DNA from: a virus
Length of the DNA: 47,716 nt
Direction: 5' to 3' (one strand)
IMG/VR virus record: IMGVR_UViG_3300016476_001127
Location: 1 to 47,716 of that record
The translations under genes were made by a program, and so were the position numbers. Below the pieces are notes generated by a model. That model was not told where the DNA came from. It did no database searches and saw nothing but the letters and a program-made list of their open reading frames with translations. Of the stretch, positions 1 to 6,660 are shown piece after piece. Within the stretch, counting starts at the first letter, position 1. Each line of letters begins with the position of its first letter.

Positions 1-135
1 CAACGGCAACCGATATAAAAATCTACACGGGCCAGAGACGACACACTAAAGGGCGACCCTCGGACTGCTGAAACACGCAGGGGTACAAGACGGCCCGATA
101 CTGACATCAACGTGTGTCTAAGAAAGAAGAGATTT

Positions 136-179
136 AGCTAGAACTATTCTAGCTTCATATAAGAATAATCGAATATAAT
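136..179 (+). promoter_or_regulatory. AT-rich block with palindrome and TATAAT hexamer; candidate early promoter/operator
   Basis: AGCTAGAA-cta-TTCTAGCT inverted repeat at 136..154 and a perfect TATAAT at 174..179, inside the only strongly AT-rich part of the repeat. No convincing -35 at 16-18 nt. Confidence 0.3.
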
Positions 180-192
180 CAGATACATACAA

Positions 193-222
193 GAAAGCCA
201 CCGGCTGGAACCAGTGGCTTTC
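193..222 (+). other. Stem-loop inside the terminal repeat
   Basis: GAAAGCCAC (193..201) pairs with GTGGCTTTC (214..222), plus 2 further G:C pairs. There is no clean T-run after it, and it abuts motif copy 219..231. Confidence 0.5.
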
Positions 223-231
223 CTATCATCA
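219..231 (+). promoter_or_regulatory. Copy of conserved TTCCTATCATCA motif (also present in the right DTR at 47685..47697)
   Basis: tttcctatcatca, 26 nt upstream of the first ATG (257). Shares a 12-nt core with 1748..1764, 4011..4027 and 11492..11507. Confidence 0.5.
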
Positions 232-256
232 ACAGCCATCACAAGGATCAATCATC

Positions 257-559
257 ATGGCTATCGATCTCAATACCTATTCCAACAGCCGCGATACGTC
301 AATCGTCATCCGCTACGAAATCATCACCCGCTGGAACAGCCGCATCACCGAAATGCGTGAGTTCTCCACGAAGCAGGCTGCCCAGTGGTTCCTCCAGCAG
401 CATCTCCCCAGGGATGCCCAGAATCTCGACGTCTGGATCACCGATAACTCCCCTCGTCAGGAGCCGACCTTCGCTGGAAAGAGGGAACCTCGCAACCGCT
501 GGTGGGATGAAAACAAGCGTCCCTTCACCGACAGGTACACCGAAGAGGATGCCCACTGA
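257..559 (+). CDS. Hypothetical early protein (100 aa)
   Basis: ATG ORF starting 7 nt after the repeat, with AAGGA 9 nt upstream. G/C-ending codons. No recognisable motif. Confidence 0.6.
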   Translation: MAIDLNTYSNSRDTSIVIRYEIITRWNSRITEMREFSTKQAAQWFLQQHLPRDAQNLDVWITDNSPRQEPTFAGKREPRNRWWDENKRPFTDRYTEEDAH

Positions 560-630
560 TGGCCGCTTACATCTTCATCATCGCAATCCTCTTCCTGGTC
601 ACCGCGATCGTATCAGACCCTTACGCATAA
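559..630 (+). CDS. Tiny hydrophobic peptide (23 aa, MAAYIFIIAILFLVTAIVSDPYA)
   Basis: ATGA start/stop overlap with the upstream gene. One predicted membrane helix. Below the ORF-track size cutoff. Confidence 0.35.
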   Translation: MAAYIFIIAILFLVTAIVSDPYA

Positions 631-637
631 CGGCTAG

Positions 638-655
638 CGGGGGCTTCGGCCCCCG
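638..655 (+). terminator. GC stem-loop, copy A of a 2-copy element
   Basis: CGGGGGC-ttcg-GCCCCCG, flanked by GGCTAGCGGG on the 5' side and CCCTTCTTC on the 3' side. A similar element lies at 3726..3740. Confidence 0.35.
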
Positions 656-690
656 ATTCCCTTCTTCAACATCACACAAGAGATACAAAC

Positions 691-915
691 ATGTTCAACG
701 AAACCATCGAACGCTGGAAAGACGGTCTCATCTCAACGGGTGAAGCTCTCTCTTTGATCCTCACCCACCCCTACGCGTCCAACAGCCAGAAGCTAAGTGC
801 CGTCGCCAAGCTCACTGTCGAAATCAATGAGAAAGAACTTCGTCAAATCAACAACGAAGTGCTCTGCGAAATACTCGCCAACGAGTCTTTGCGTTGGGAG
901 CACGAAGATAAATGA
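691..915 (+). CDS. Hypothetical early protein (74 aa)
   Basis: ATG ORF in the track with consistent codon bias. No motif recognised. Confidence 0.6.
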   Translation: MFNETIERWKDGLISTGEALSLILTHPYASNSQKLSAVAKLTVEINEKELRQINNEVLCEILANESLRWEHEDK

Positions 916-933
916 AATCTAAGAAATGGAAAG

Positions 934-965
934 CGGGGGGCTGCCGCCCCCCGAGTCCTCTTTTT
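934..965 (+). terminator. Rho-independent-type terminator
   Basis: 8-bp GC stem CGGGGGGC-tgcc-GCCCCCCG (934..953), then agtcctc and TTTTT (961..965). It lies inside the 5' part of track ORF 926..1615, which argues for the 1016 start. Confidence 0.55.
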
Positions 966-971
966 GTAAGT

Positions 972-983
972 GCCTATTCATCA
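972..983 (+). promoter_or_regulatory. Diverged copy of the TTCCTATCATCA motif plus duplicated leader
   Basis: gcctattcatca, followed by TCATCAACAGC ... ATCAACAAGGATCAAgCATCATG. This parallels 226..259. Confidence 0.4.
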
Positions 984-1015
984 ACAGCTTCAAGCATCAA
1001 CAAGGATCAAGCATC

Positions 1016-1615
1016 ATGACCAACAACGTCTCCGCCAACAACTCCTTCGCCGCCGTCGTCCTCAACCAGTTCGAGGCTGACTTCCAGAAGCACATCAACG
1101 CCCTCGCTGACTGGGCTGCCTTCGCCTCGCAGATGGAGACCCGGGAAGGGTCGAACAAGATCACCGCCCGCATGGAGTACGAACTCAACAACGAGTGCTC
1201 CAACGTCTGGGCTGCCCTCTACGGCAACACGACGGACACAAAGTTCATCCCGGACCGCAACACCGAGATCGACAATCGCACCCGGTTCTGTGCCCGTCTG
1301 AACGTCTCTTACTGGGAAGACCGCAAGGCCCAGTACCTCGACAAAAACCCGAACCTCGATCCGCAGGCTCCGGAGTACAACGAGATGGATGCGGCTGGGG
1401 ACATGGAACTCCTCAACATCTACGTCTCCCTCGAAGAAGCCACGCTGAACTACAACCGCCTCCTCACGAAGTTCCACATGTACCGTAACATGTACGAGAC
1501 CATCACCGGGGCTGAGTTCGTCTACAAGCCCTACGCAGTGAACACGAAGCCCAGCAACGTCGTCGCTGCCAACGCCAAGCTGGGTGCTGCCCTCCTCAAG
1601 CGGGCTGCAGCCTAA
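1016..1615 (+). CDS. Hypothetical early protein (199 aa)
   Basis: Internal ATG of track ORF 926..1615, preceded by CAAGGATCAAGCATC-ATG, the same leader as gene 257. The upstream part of the track ORF contains a terminator hairpin. Confidence 0.7.
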   Translation: MTNNVSANNSFAAVVLNQFEADFQKHINALADWAAFASQMETREGSNKITARMEYELNNECSNVWAALYGNTTDTKFIPDRNTEIDNRTRFCARLNVSYWEDRKAQYLDKNPNLDPQAPEYNEMDAAGDMELLNIYVSLEEATLNYNRLLTKFHMYRNMYETITGAEFVYKPYAVNTKPSNVVAANAKLGAALLKRAAA

Positions 1616-1747
1616 CCGAGAACCACCTGAGCATGTGGCTAAACTGCTCACCCGCAGCCCATCTGCCCCCTCAGTCTCAACAAAGGGACTGAGCGGGGCG
1701 GATGATTCAACACCAGCCCGGGGCCTGGTCACATAGGCTGGAGTCTA

Positions 1748-1764
1748 GGGGTTCCTATCATCAT
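1748..1764 (+). promoter_or_regulatory. Copy of conserved motif GGGGTTCCTATCATCAT
   Basis: 17/17 identical to 4011..4027. Lies in a non-coding gap after a stem-loop (about 1665..1700), 18 nt before AGGAG and ATG 1782. Confidence 0.5.
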
Positions 1765-1781
1765 CTCAGCAGGAGTATCTC

Positions 1782-1961
1782 ATGTCCTCTCTGCTTTTCA
1801 CGCTCGTCTTCATTTCCTCCGGTGTCGCATATTACCCGTACACCGATCTCTCTCTATCCCAGTGTGTCTCTCGTCTCATTGAAGAAAAAGCAGCAATTGA
1901 ATCAGTACAACAACAATTCCCATCATTTGAACTTAAAGTCTTTTGTAAAGCCCAGGAATAA
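1782..1961 (+). CDS. Small protein with hydrophobic N-terminus (59 aa)
   Basis: AGGAG (1771..1775) then ATG. MSSLLFTLVFISSGVAYYPY... Below the track cutoff. GC falls toward its 3' end. Confidence 0.4.
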   Translation: MSSLLFTLVFISSGVAYYPYTDLSLSQCVSRLIEEKAAIESVQQQFPSFELKVFCKAQE

Positions 1962-2229
1962 ATCTTTGCCGTCTGTAGTGGTTGAGTAATCCAACCGAAG
2001 CATGAATTAGATTCGTCCATGCAGTGCAACATAACTCTCCATGGTTACATATGAAACTCACTCTCTCTTTTATCCGTAGCGTCATTAGTTACGCTTTGGT
2101 TCCAAAGAAAACGAGAAAGGAGTCACTCATGACCGCCGTAGCACGCGTCCGGCAACAATAGGTTGCAGGGCATCGCCCTGATCCATGAATAAATCTAATA
2201 TTCAGTATGAGCAATTCTAAACATTTCAA

Positions 2230-2258
2230 TTGACCACTCGCCATCCAGTACGTACTTT
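2230..2258 (+). promoter_or_regulatory. Sigma70-like promoter candidate for the xis/int module
   Basis: TTGACC (2230..2235), a 17-nt spacer, then TACTTT (2253..2258), about 28 nt before ATG 2286, within the AT-rich gap 1962..2285. Confidence 0.35.
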
Positions 2259-2285
2259 CCCTTACATTAAGTGCAGAGGGAAATC

Positions 2286-2573
2286 ATGCCAAATGACAAC
2301 GTTCCATTCACCATCGAAACGCTAGCATCTCATTGGAATTGTTCAGAAAATCATATCCGTAATCTCATCAATACTGGCCAACTTAAACACTTCCGTATCG
2401 GCACAAAGCTCATCCGCATCCCCGTCGTCGCAGTTCTGGAGTTCGAAGAGAAATGCTCAAGCCAACCCTTAGGAAGCATAGAGGCGTATTCGTCGTCGTC
2501 TACACCCAGAACGGGAAGCGCATCAGGCGCTCGCTTGGCACGAGTAACGAGGCCGAGGCTCGGCGACGACTAG
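2286..2573 (+). CDS. Excisionase-family / MerR-like helix-turn-helix DNA-binding protein
   Basis: FTIETLASHWNCSENHIRNLINTGQLKHFRIGTKLIRIPVVAVLEFEEK resembles the excisionase-type winged HTH. The last 40 codons overlap int in another frame and look like off-frame sequence. Confidence 0.55.
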   Translation: MPNDNVPFTIETLASHWNCSENHIRNLINTGQLKHFRIGTKLIRIPVVAVLEFEEKCSSQPLGSIEAYSSSSTPRTGSASGARLARVTRPRLGDD

Positions 2574-3433
2574 CCCACATCGAGCTCACAGAAACCGTCG
2601 TCGACCGGCAGACTCAGAAGACCGTACATGAAATCTATTTGTTGTACCTTCGAGACAAAGAACTCGAAGGCAAGCAGCTACGGCGGATGAAACTCTCTTG
2701 GAATGCCTTAGCACCGACATTCGGAGAGCTCTTCCCGCAGTACGTCACCAAAGAGGTTCAGAAAGCCTACAAAGACAATCGCCAGGCAGCCCCTGGTACC
2801 ATACACCAGGAGCTAAACTTCCTGCGTACGGTGCTCCGCTGGGGCTTTAAACACGGCTTTCTGGATCGCCCTGTCCACATCGACCCAGGACCTCAGCCAC
2901 CACCGCGTACAGCCTACATCCGCAAGGAGGACTTCCATCAGCTCCTGAAAGGTTCAGAAGCTCCGCACATCATCCTGTTCATGATCCTCGCCGTCACCAC
3001 AGGGGCTCGCAGCAATGCGCTGATCGACCTCACCTGGGACCGTGTCGATCTCGACAAACGCATCATCGACCTCCGTAACCCGGAGAAGTCAGTCACCGCG
3101 AAGGGCCGTGCCGTCGTTCCCATAAACGACACAGCCTACCGCTACCTCATCGAAGCAAAGAAAGGGGCAACCACCCGATACGTTCTCGAATACGCCAATC
3201 GACCCATCAAACAGGTCCGCTCGTCCATGACAGTCGTGTCTCGTCGCCTTGGTATCAAGGTAACGGCCCACATGTTCCGTCATTCCGCAGCGGTATGGAT
3301 GGCCGAAGGGGGCACTCCAATGAGTGAGATCGCCCAGTATCTCGGCCATGCCAACACAGCCATTACCGAGCGCATCTACGCCCGGTACTCACCGAACTAC
3401 CTACGCAACGCAGCAAGGCATCTTGAGCTCTAA
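2453..3433 (+). CDS. int: Tyrosine recombinase / phage integrase
   Basis: N-terminal arm-binding-like RKHRGVFVVVY..GKRIRRSLGT. Catalytic signature TGARSNALIDLTWDRVDL, HMFRHSAAVWMAEGG (HxxR) and LGHANTAITERIYARY (Tyr). Confidence 0.9.
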   Translation: MLKPTLRKHRGVFVVVYTQNGKRIRRSLGTSNEAEARRRLAHIELTETVVDRQTQKTVHEIYLLYLRDKELEGKQLRRMKLSWNALAPTFGELFPQYVTKEVQKAYKDNRQAAPGTIHQELNFLRTVLRWGFKHGFLDRPVHIDPGPQPPPRTAYIRKEDFHQLLKGSEAPHIILFMILAVTTGARSNALIDLTWDRVDLDKRIIDLRNPEKSVTAKGRAVVPINDTAYRYLIEAKKGATTRYVLEYANRPIKQVRSSMTVVSRRLGIKVTAHMFRHSAAVWMAEGGTPMSEIAQYLGHANTAITERIYARYSPNYLRNAARHLEL

Positions 3434-3497
3434 CACATGACCGTTCTTCGCAACAAAGGACTGCCCAAAGGGTCAGGGGTGAGTAGCTTCCGGGTTG

Positions 3498-3676
3498 TGG
3501 TACATTTGTACCAGAACTCCAGCAAAAACCGCGTACCAATTGGTAGCACGACCTCACTGTTGGTAGCTAACGTACTCAATTCGTTAGAGTATTTCTCCAT
3601 CCTCGGCTCTGCCATAGACACTGCGTTGCGTAGCAATATCATAGGGTTAGCTGGCTATCCCCGGTACGAATGTACC
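3498..3676. promoter_or_regulatory. Palindrome-rich non-coding spacer downstream of int; candidate attP / recombinase or regulator binding sites
   Basis: TGGTACA-tt-TGTACCA (3498..3513), GTACCAATTGGTAG (3533..3546), TTGGTAGC (3560..3567) and GGTAC-gaat-GTACC (3663..3676). About 8 GGTAC/GGTAG half-sites in 180 bp, with no convincing ORF. Confidence 0.4.
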
Positions 3677-3725
3677 ACATACCGCCGTAGCTATCCCTCA
3701 GCATGCCTCGATCAACAATGGCTAG

Positions 3726-3740
3726 CGGGCCTGCGGCCCG
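3726..3740 (+). terminator. GC stem-loop, copy B of the 2-copy element
   Basis: CGGGCC-tgc-GGCCCG with the same flanks (GGCTAGCGGG ... CCCTCTTC) as 638..655. 20 nt upstream of ATG 3760. Confidence 0.35.
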
Positions 3741-3759
3741 ACCCCCTCTTCGTTTCAGC

Positions 3760-3975
3760 ATGAGGTTTACCATGGACCCCACCGTCCTCAAAACACCTGT
3801 CTTCATCGCCATCGGCCCCGGAAGTCCGACGCTCAGGGGTGTCTACCCCAACGGTGACGACGCCCGGAGACATGTCGAAACCCTCCCGAATGCGGAAGGC
3901 GTCACAATCTACATGTGCGCCCCCATCGCCAAGGCCTTCTACCACCCCTGCAAGCTCCAGTGGGAAGCACTGTGA
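3760..3975 (+). CDS. Hypothetical protein (71 aa)
   Basis: Internal ATG of track ORF 3703..3975, chosen because the upstream codons cover the stem-loop. No motif recognised. Confidence 0.55.
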   Translation: MRFTMDPTVLKTPVFIAIGPGSPTLRGVYPNGDDARRHVETLPNAEGVTIYMCAPIAKAFYHPCKLQWEAL

Positions 3976-4010
3976 TCGAGCACTGGCGCAACGTCCAGAG
4001 GTCCAATGAA

Positions 4011-4027
4011 GGGGTTCCTATCATCAT
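4011..4027 (+). promoter_or_regulatory. Copy of conserved motif GGGGTTCCTATCATCAT at the head of the ligase cassette
   Basis: Identical 17-mer to 1748..1764. Its last bases overlap ATG 4026. Confidence 0.5.
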
Positions 4028-4082
4028 GGCCATCCTCGTCATCCTGTCCATCTTCATCCTCCTCCTCATCATTCTCCGGTGA
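4026..4082 (+). CDS. Tiny hydrophobic ORF (18 aa, MAILVILSIFILLLIILR)
   Basis: ATG embedded in the motif; stop is 8 nt before ATG 4091. Could be a leader or membrane micropeptide, or not translated at all. Confidence 0.3.
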   Translation: MAILVILSIFILLLIILR

Positions 4083-4090
4083 CGTGTCTC

Positions 4091-4828
4091 ATGCGCTTCG
4101 TCGTCAAGCCCAGCAAGTTTCGTAAGACCCCTCTGCTGTTAAAGCGAGCGATCCCGGCGCGTAAGCTTGTCTCCTGGCCAGGCAGATACCAGCCTGCCTT
4201 GGACTACTCCCAGGACCTGTTCCTGGCCTTCCCCCAGCGTGGTCAGTATCCAAACCCGATCGCCAATGTGCCTGACTCGTATGACTTCATTGCGTCGTTC
4301 TACACGCTGAACAAGCATGCCCAGCGGGGTGTCTTGCTTCAGCACGGACTGAAGACCCCCGAAGCCTATGCAAGCACACATTTTATTGTAAGGCCTCTGC
4401 ATCACTTCGGGGGTCACGACTACCGCATTACCGACGACCCGAATGATTACGATCCCAACACCCAGTACATCTCGCCCGCGTTTGAAAAGTGGCGGGAGTA
4501 CCGCGTCCTCTTCGTAAAGGGCTCTCCCCTCGTCGTTCTCCGCAAGAAGCCAGGCCCCTCCGTGGGCCCCTTCGAGGCCTGGAATCACGCATCCGGCAGT
4601 TACTTCCAGACGGTCTTGGACCGTACCAACAGCCCGCTGATGCAGACGTCATTCCTCGCTGGCGCAGAACGCTTTTGTGTGTCGAGGGACACGCACCTTG
4701 TCGCCGTGGATGTCCTCGTCAACCGCAATTTCAACTACGCGGTCACCGAGTTCAATTTCGCCCCGGCACTGTCCATCCCTTCCAACATTGAGGTTATTTC
4801 ACATGCCCTTTCCCGTTCTGAATCGTGA
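4091..4828 (+). CDS. ATP-grasp-fold ligase-like protein (RimK-like minimal version)
   Basis: FIVRPLHHFGGHDY (P-loop-like strand), EYRVLFVKGSPLVVLRKK (typical E-x-R-v strand), WNHASGSYFQTV and LVAVDVLVNRNFNYAVTEFNFAPAL (D...E-x-N metal-binding segment). Start taken at ATG 4091 inside track ORF 4079. Confidence 0.6.
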   Translation: MRFVVKPSKFRKTPLLLKRAIPARKLVSWPGRYQPALDYSQDLFLAFPQRGQYPNPIANVPDSYDFIASFYTLNKHAQRGVLLQHGLKTPEAYASTHFIVRPLHHFGGHDYRITDDPNDYDPNTQYISPAFEKWREYRVLFVKGSPLVVLRKKPGPSVGPFEAWNHASGSYFQTVLDRTNSPLMQTSFLAGAERFCVSRDTHLVAVDVLVNRNFNYAVTEFNFAPALSIPSNIEVISHALSRSES

Positions 4829-6650
4829 CACTTTCGAACGCACCGGTGTCTTCCTCGAGCCCATCGAGTATTTCAACCCCAGCATCAACACCGAATACCA
4901 CTACCCCCTTACAAACCAGGCTGCCCGTGGGCTTATCACCATCGCTGACAGCATCAAGATCGCCTCTGGCCTCCTCTGCGACGAGTCCATCGACAGCCTG
5001 CTGCCCTACATCGCGAGGTATTTCTCGGGCAACTCCACCCTCGAGACCCTCCGCATGCTGCGGGAGGTCTACACCCGCCTCCCCGACGACAAGAAGTGGA
5101 TGCTGTTCTTCACCAAGGTCGGCTACGACCTTGAGGGTCCGGTCCATACCTACAACTACTCGGTGTCGTTCCGCTACCCGGAGCGCATTGCGTACAACGA
5201 GAGCATCCTGGGCCAGGCGAAACTCACATCCTACGTCCAGTGCACTGCCAACTCTCTCGGCGATATCGAGACAAACGAAAGGGGCAAGGCTGTTCTCGAC
5301 GAGCAGTTCCTGCCTCTCGTCGATCGCGCCTATGCCTATTTCGAGGCCCACCTCTCCACTCGCATTAGCTGGAGTGACCATTGTGCCCCGGGGATCATCG
5401 GAACGCTCTACAAATACGCCTCGGGTGGTTCTGTCTTCGTCCCCGAGGGGCATGCGCATGATTGGTCGGTTCCCTACGACTATTCCTCCGCACGAATCGT
5501 CCAGCAGTACATCGATGACGGCTACCGCGTCACGTTCAAGTTATCCAACACCGGATCGAGGCTCTCCTTCCTCGTCCGCCACATGGCAGGCGATCGCCGT
5601 GCCCTCGAGCGGATCATGAACTACTCCACCAACATCTTCGATCACCTCCCCTACACGATCAAGGGGCCGAAGGAACCGGCTGCCGTGCTCTATGGCGTCG
5701 AACTCGAAGCAAATGGCGACTACACCCCGAAGGAACTGATCACCGCCCAGAAGGACCTGTTCTTCATCATGAAGCAGGACGGCTCGGTCTGGGGCTCGAA
5801 GTCGCAGAACTACGAGCTCGTCACCGTCCCGGCCTCGCTCAAGGCACACAAGCGCCTGTGGGCCGAGTTCTTCGAGAAGGTCGACTACCAGAAGTTCGAC
5901 ACGACGAAGGACACCGGCAATGGCATGCATGTCCACATCGACCGCAAGGCGTTCAAGACCAGCCACCTGAACCGCTTCACCTGGTTTATCACCAACCCGG
6001 CCAACGAGGAGTTCATCCTCGCCATTTCGGAGCGCCCGACCAAGCGCAACCTCGAGGAGTGGGCAAGGATGCCCAACCACTTTGCCCATGCCTCGAAGCT
6101 CAAGGCGGCACGGCTTGCATCCCGGACGAATGACGGGCTCCGGGGTGCCGTCCACTTCAAGCGTGACAAGACCGTCGAGGTTCGCCTGTTCAAGGGTATC
6201 GTGTCCTACGCCACGGTGGTGAAGAACCTCGAATTCGTCGACTCCGCCTTCCACTACACCCAGCAGACTGCGCTGTCGCAACTCTCCCTGAAGCACTACC
6301 TCGCCTGGCTGCAGCGGACGCCGAAGAACAAGTACCAGATGCTCAAGGCCTTCCTGTCCGAGGTCAAGCTCCCGGATCTCGTCGCCAGTTCCGAGGTCGT
6401 CGAACTCATCTGGACCGAGAAGGCCGAGCACACCGTCGCCGAGAAGCTCAACAAGGCGCCGTTCAAGCTCACCAACGCCCACATCACCTACCTCAACAAG
6501 AAACGGAGGAAGCGCACCTTCATTCTCAAAGACGGCACGGTGAAGTGCATCGCCAGTTCAGGCGGGCTCCTCGCCAAGCTCGACAAGTCCGTGCAGCAGA
6601 AACAGACCCGTGGTGCTGCGACCTTCGCCATGACCAACTTCGCAGCCTGA
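4803..6650 (+). CDS. Glutamine-synthetase-like amidoligase (COOH-NH2 ligase, Amidoligase_2-type) with about 330-aa unassigned N-terminal region
   Basis: YGVELEANGDY...MKQDGSVWGSKSQNYELVTVPASL...GNGMHVHIDRKAF matches the G-x-E-x-E ... DGS ... E-l-V-S/T-P ... G-x-H-V-H pattern. GAGG then ATG 4803; 26-nt overlap with the upstream gene. Confidence 0.7.
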   Translation: MPFPVLNRDTFERTGVFLEPIEYFNPSINTEYHYPLTNQAARGLITIADSIKIASGLLCDESIDSLLPYIARYFSGNSTLETLRMLREVYTRLPDDKKWMLFFTKVGYDLEGPVHTYNYSVSFRYPERIAYNESILGQAKLTSYVQCTANSLGDIETNERGKAVLDEQFLPLVDRAYAYFEAHLSTRISWSDHCAPGIIGTLYKYASGGSVFVPEGHAHDWSVPYDYSSARIVQQYIDDGYRVTFKLSNTGSRLSFLVRHMAGDRRALERIMNYSTNIFDHLPYTIKGPKEPAAVLYGVELEANGDYTPKELITAQKDLFFIMKQDGSVWGSKSQNYELVTVPASLKAHKRLWAEFFEKVDYQKFDTTKDTGNGMHVHIDRKAFKTSHLNRFTWFITNPANEEFILAISERPTKRNLEEWARMPNHFAHASKLKAARLASRTNDGLRGAVHFKRDKTVEVRLFKGIVSYATVVKNLEFVDSAFHYTQQTALSQLSLKHYLAWLQRTPKNKYQMLKAFLSEVKLPDLVASSEVVELIWTEKAEHTVAEKLNKAPFKLTNAHITYLNKKRRKRTFILKDGTVKCIASSGGLLAKLDKSVQQKQTRGAATFAMTNFAA

Positions 6651-6660
6651 GGGGAACCCT

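Larger units (their letters stand above)
1..250. repeat. Left copy of 250-bp direct terminal repeat
   Basis: Bases 1..250 (caacggcaaccgatataaaaatc ... catcacaaggatca) recur base-for-base at 47467..47716, ending on the last base of the window. This is either a true DTR of a linear genome or the overlap of a circular/concatemeric assembly. Confidence 0.9.

Noticed and set aside
193-222. Stem-loop in the terminal repeat as a rho-independent terminator
   Set aside because: Good stem but no downstream U-run, and it is immediately followed by the conserved motif. Kept only as an unassigned structure.
926-1015. Upstream extension of gene 1016..1615 (track start 926)
   Set aside because: The extension spans a GC hairpin/T-run terminator and the duplicated leader. 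ATG 1016 has the same AAGGATCA leader as gene 257.
3437-3763. 108-aa ORF downstream of int
   Set aside because: Atypical codon usage. The region is dominated by GGTAC palindromes and a conserved hairpin, so it is better read as a non-coding attP-like or regulatory spacer.
4677-6650. Idea that the 657-aa ORF is the missing phage RNA polymerase
   Set aside because: Too short, and it lacks T7-type motifs. It carries a clear amidoligase signature instead. The first 42 codons are off-frame overlap with the ATP-grasp gene.
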